IMG/VR virus record: IMGVR_UViG_3300020463_002275 | Coordinates: 32,001 to 96,000 of that record | Length of the DNA stretch: 64,000 bases | Direction: 5' to 3' (one strand) | From: a virus | Shown here: piece after piece, positions 63,055 to 64,000 of the stretch | Position numbering within the stretch: the stretch's first letter is position 1 | Layout of the letters: every line of letters starts with the position of its first letter | Made by a program: the position numbers and the translations under genes | Notes under the pieces: model-generated | The model's input: the letters and a program-made list of their open reading frames with translations, nothing else | Databases searched by the model: none | Told to the model about the DNA's origin: nothing

Positions 63055-64000
63055 TACGAATTAAAGATTTAACCGTAAAAAACTTTATGAGTGTGGGCAA
63101 CCAGACTCAGGCTGTTGACTTTAACAAAGAACAATTAACACTTGTATTAGGTGAAAACTTAGATCAAGGCGGAGATGATAACGGTTCACGTAACGGTACA
63201 GGTAAAACAACAATAATTAACGCATTAAGTTATGCGTTATATGGCATGGCGTTAACAAATATTAAACGCAACAACTTAATTAACAAAACTAACAGCAAAG
63301 GTATGTTAGTTTCTCTTGATTTTGAAAAAGATGGAGTTGATTATCGAATAGAAAGAGGACGTTCTCCCAATGTTTTAAAGTTTTATATTAATAATCAAGA
63401 ACAAGAAATGCTAGATGAGTCGCAAGGCGATAGTCGTAAGACACAAGCAGACATAAATGACCTACTAGGCATGAGTCACGACATGTTTAAACATGTTGTT
63501 GCACTAAACACTTACACAGAGCCATTTCTTAGTATGCGTCAAAACGATCAACGTGCTATTATCGAACAGTTACTAGGTATTACTATACTTTCTGAAAAAG
63601 CAGAAAAACTAAAAGACGGTGTTAGGCAAACCAAAGAAACTATTACACAAGAAACACTTAAAATCGAAGCAATACAAACATCAAATAGTAAAATAGAAGA
63701 TACTATTACAAATTTACAAAGTACGCAACGTGCTTGGCTTTCTAAAAAACAACAAGATGCAGACAAATTAATTACAGCAATCGACGAATTAGAACACTTA
63801 GACATAGATAGTGAACTAACTGCACACGAAAAACTTACACACTGGAACGAACATAACAATGCTATTTTGGCTCTTAGGAAAGAATTAAGCACACTAGAGC
63901 CAGCACTACAACGTGCAGACAATACTGTTGAAAAAGTTAATAAAGATATCGCAGAATTAGAAAATGCTAAGTGTTATACATGTGGGCAAGAACTACATGC
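63051..64000 (+). CDS. gp46: Recombination ATPase gp46 (Rad50/SbcC-like), 3'-truncated by window; not in ORF track
   Basis: ATG 63051 (ATGA overlap) reads MIRIKDLTVKNFMSVGN...RNGTGKTTIINALSYALYG (Walker A), then runs into coiled-coil-like sequence. Confidence 0.9.
   Translation, partial: MIRIKDLTVKNFMSVGNQTQAVDFNKEQLTLVLGENLDQGGDDNGSRNGTGKTTIINALSYALYGMALTNIKRNNLINKTNSKGMLVSLDFEKDGVDYRIERGRSPNVLKFYINNQEQEMLDESQGDSRKTQADINDLLGMSHDMFKHVVALNTYTEPFLSMRQNDQRAIIEQLLGITILSEKAEKLKDGVRQTKETITQETLKIEAIQTSNSKIEDTITNLQSTQRAWLSKKQQDADKLITAIDELEHLDIDSELTAHEKLTHWNEHNNAILALRKELSTLEPALQRADNTVEKVNKDIAELENAKCYTCGQELH

Noticed and set aside
63548-63922. 124-aa minus-strand ORF
   Set aside because: Antisense shadow of the gp46 reading frame, with no motif or RBS.
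1-64000. Eukaryotic giant virus (NCLDV) origin of the enzyme cluster
   Set aside because: Shine-Dalgarno sites, sigma70 promoters, coupled operons and contractile-tail genes point to a bacteriophage.
1-64000. tRNA/ncRNA genes, introns, inteins, rho-independent terminators, integrase or IS elements
   Set aside because: Intergenic gaps are under ~100 bp, and no cloverleaf, GC hairpin with U-tract, intein motif or transposase was recognised by eye; tRNAscan-SE, Infernal and ARNold were not run.

Overview
AT-rich 64-kb segment of a large T4-superfamily myophage genome. The assignment rests on a gp55-gp47-gp46 block and a baseplate module containing gp53, gp5, PAAR, gp25 and gp6. From recall rather than a search, the layout resembles RaK2/GAP32/Atu_ph07-type jumbo myoviruses. 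There are three blocks. (1) 1-26.3 kb is a densely packed, translationally coupled tailoring-enzyme island that looks like a biosynthetic gene cluster. It holds 8 radical SAM enzymes (one with a B12-binding domain), 7 Fe(II)/2OG dioxygenases, 3 short PLP fold-type-I enzymes, 2 QueC-like PP-loop ATPases, a nitroreductase, a GNAT-like protein, an alpha/beta hydrolase, a kinase-like protein, two glycosyltransferase-like proteins and a GT-GT-repeat-methyltransferase fusion. The order rSAM > QueC-like > PLP > 2OG-oxygenase occurs twice, and the long minus-strand operon has its own consensus sigma70 promoter. (2) 26.3-61.1 kb (minus strand) carries virion baseplate/tail-appendage genes, including a 4961-aa protein, with candidate (A)TAAATA late promoters. 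(3) 61.1-64 kb (plus strand) carries the late sigma factor gp55, gp47 (Mre11-like) and a truncated gp46 (Rad50-like). No tRNA, rRNA, CRISPR array or mobile element was recognised. All functional calls are motif-based by eye; the product of the enzyme island is unknown.
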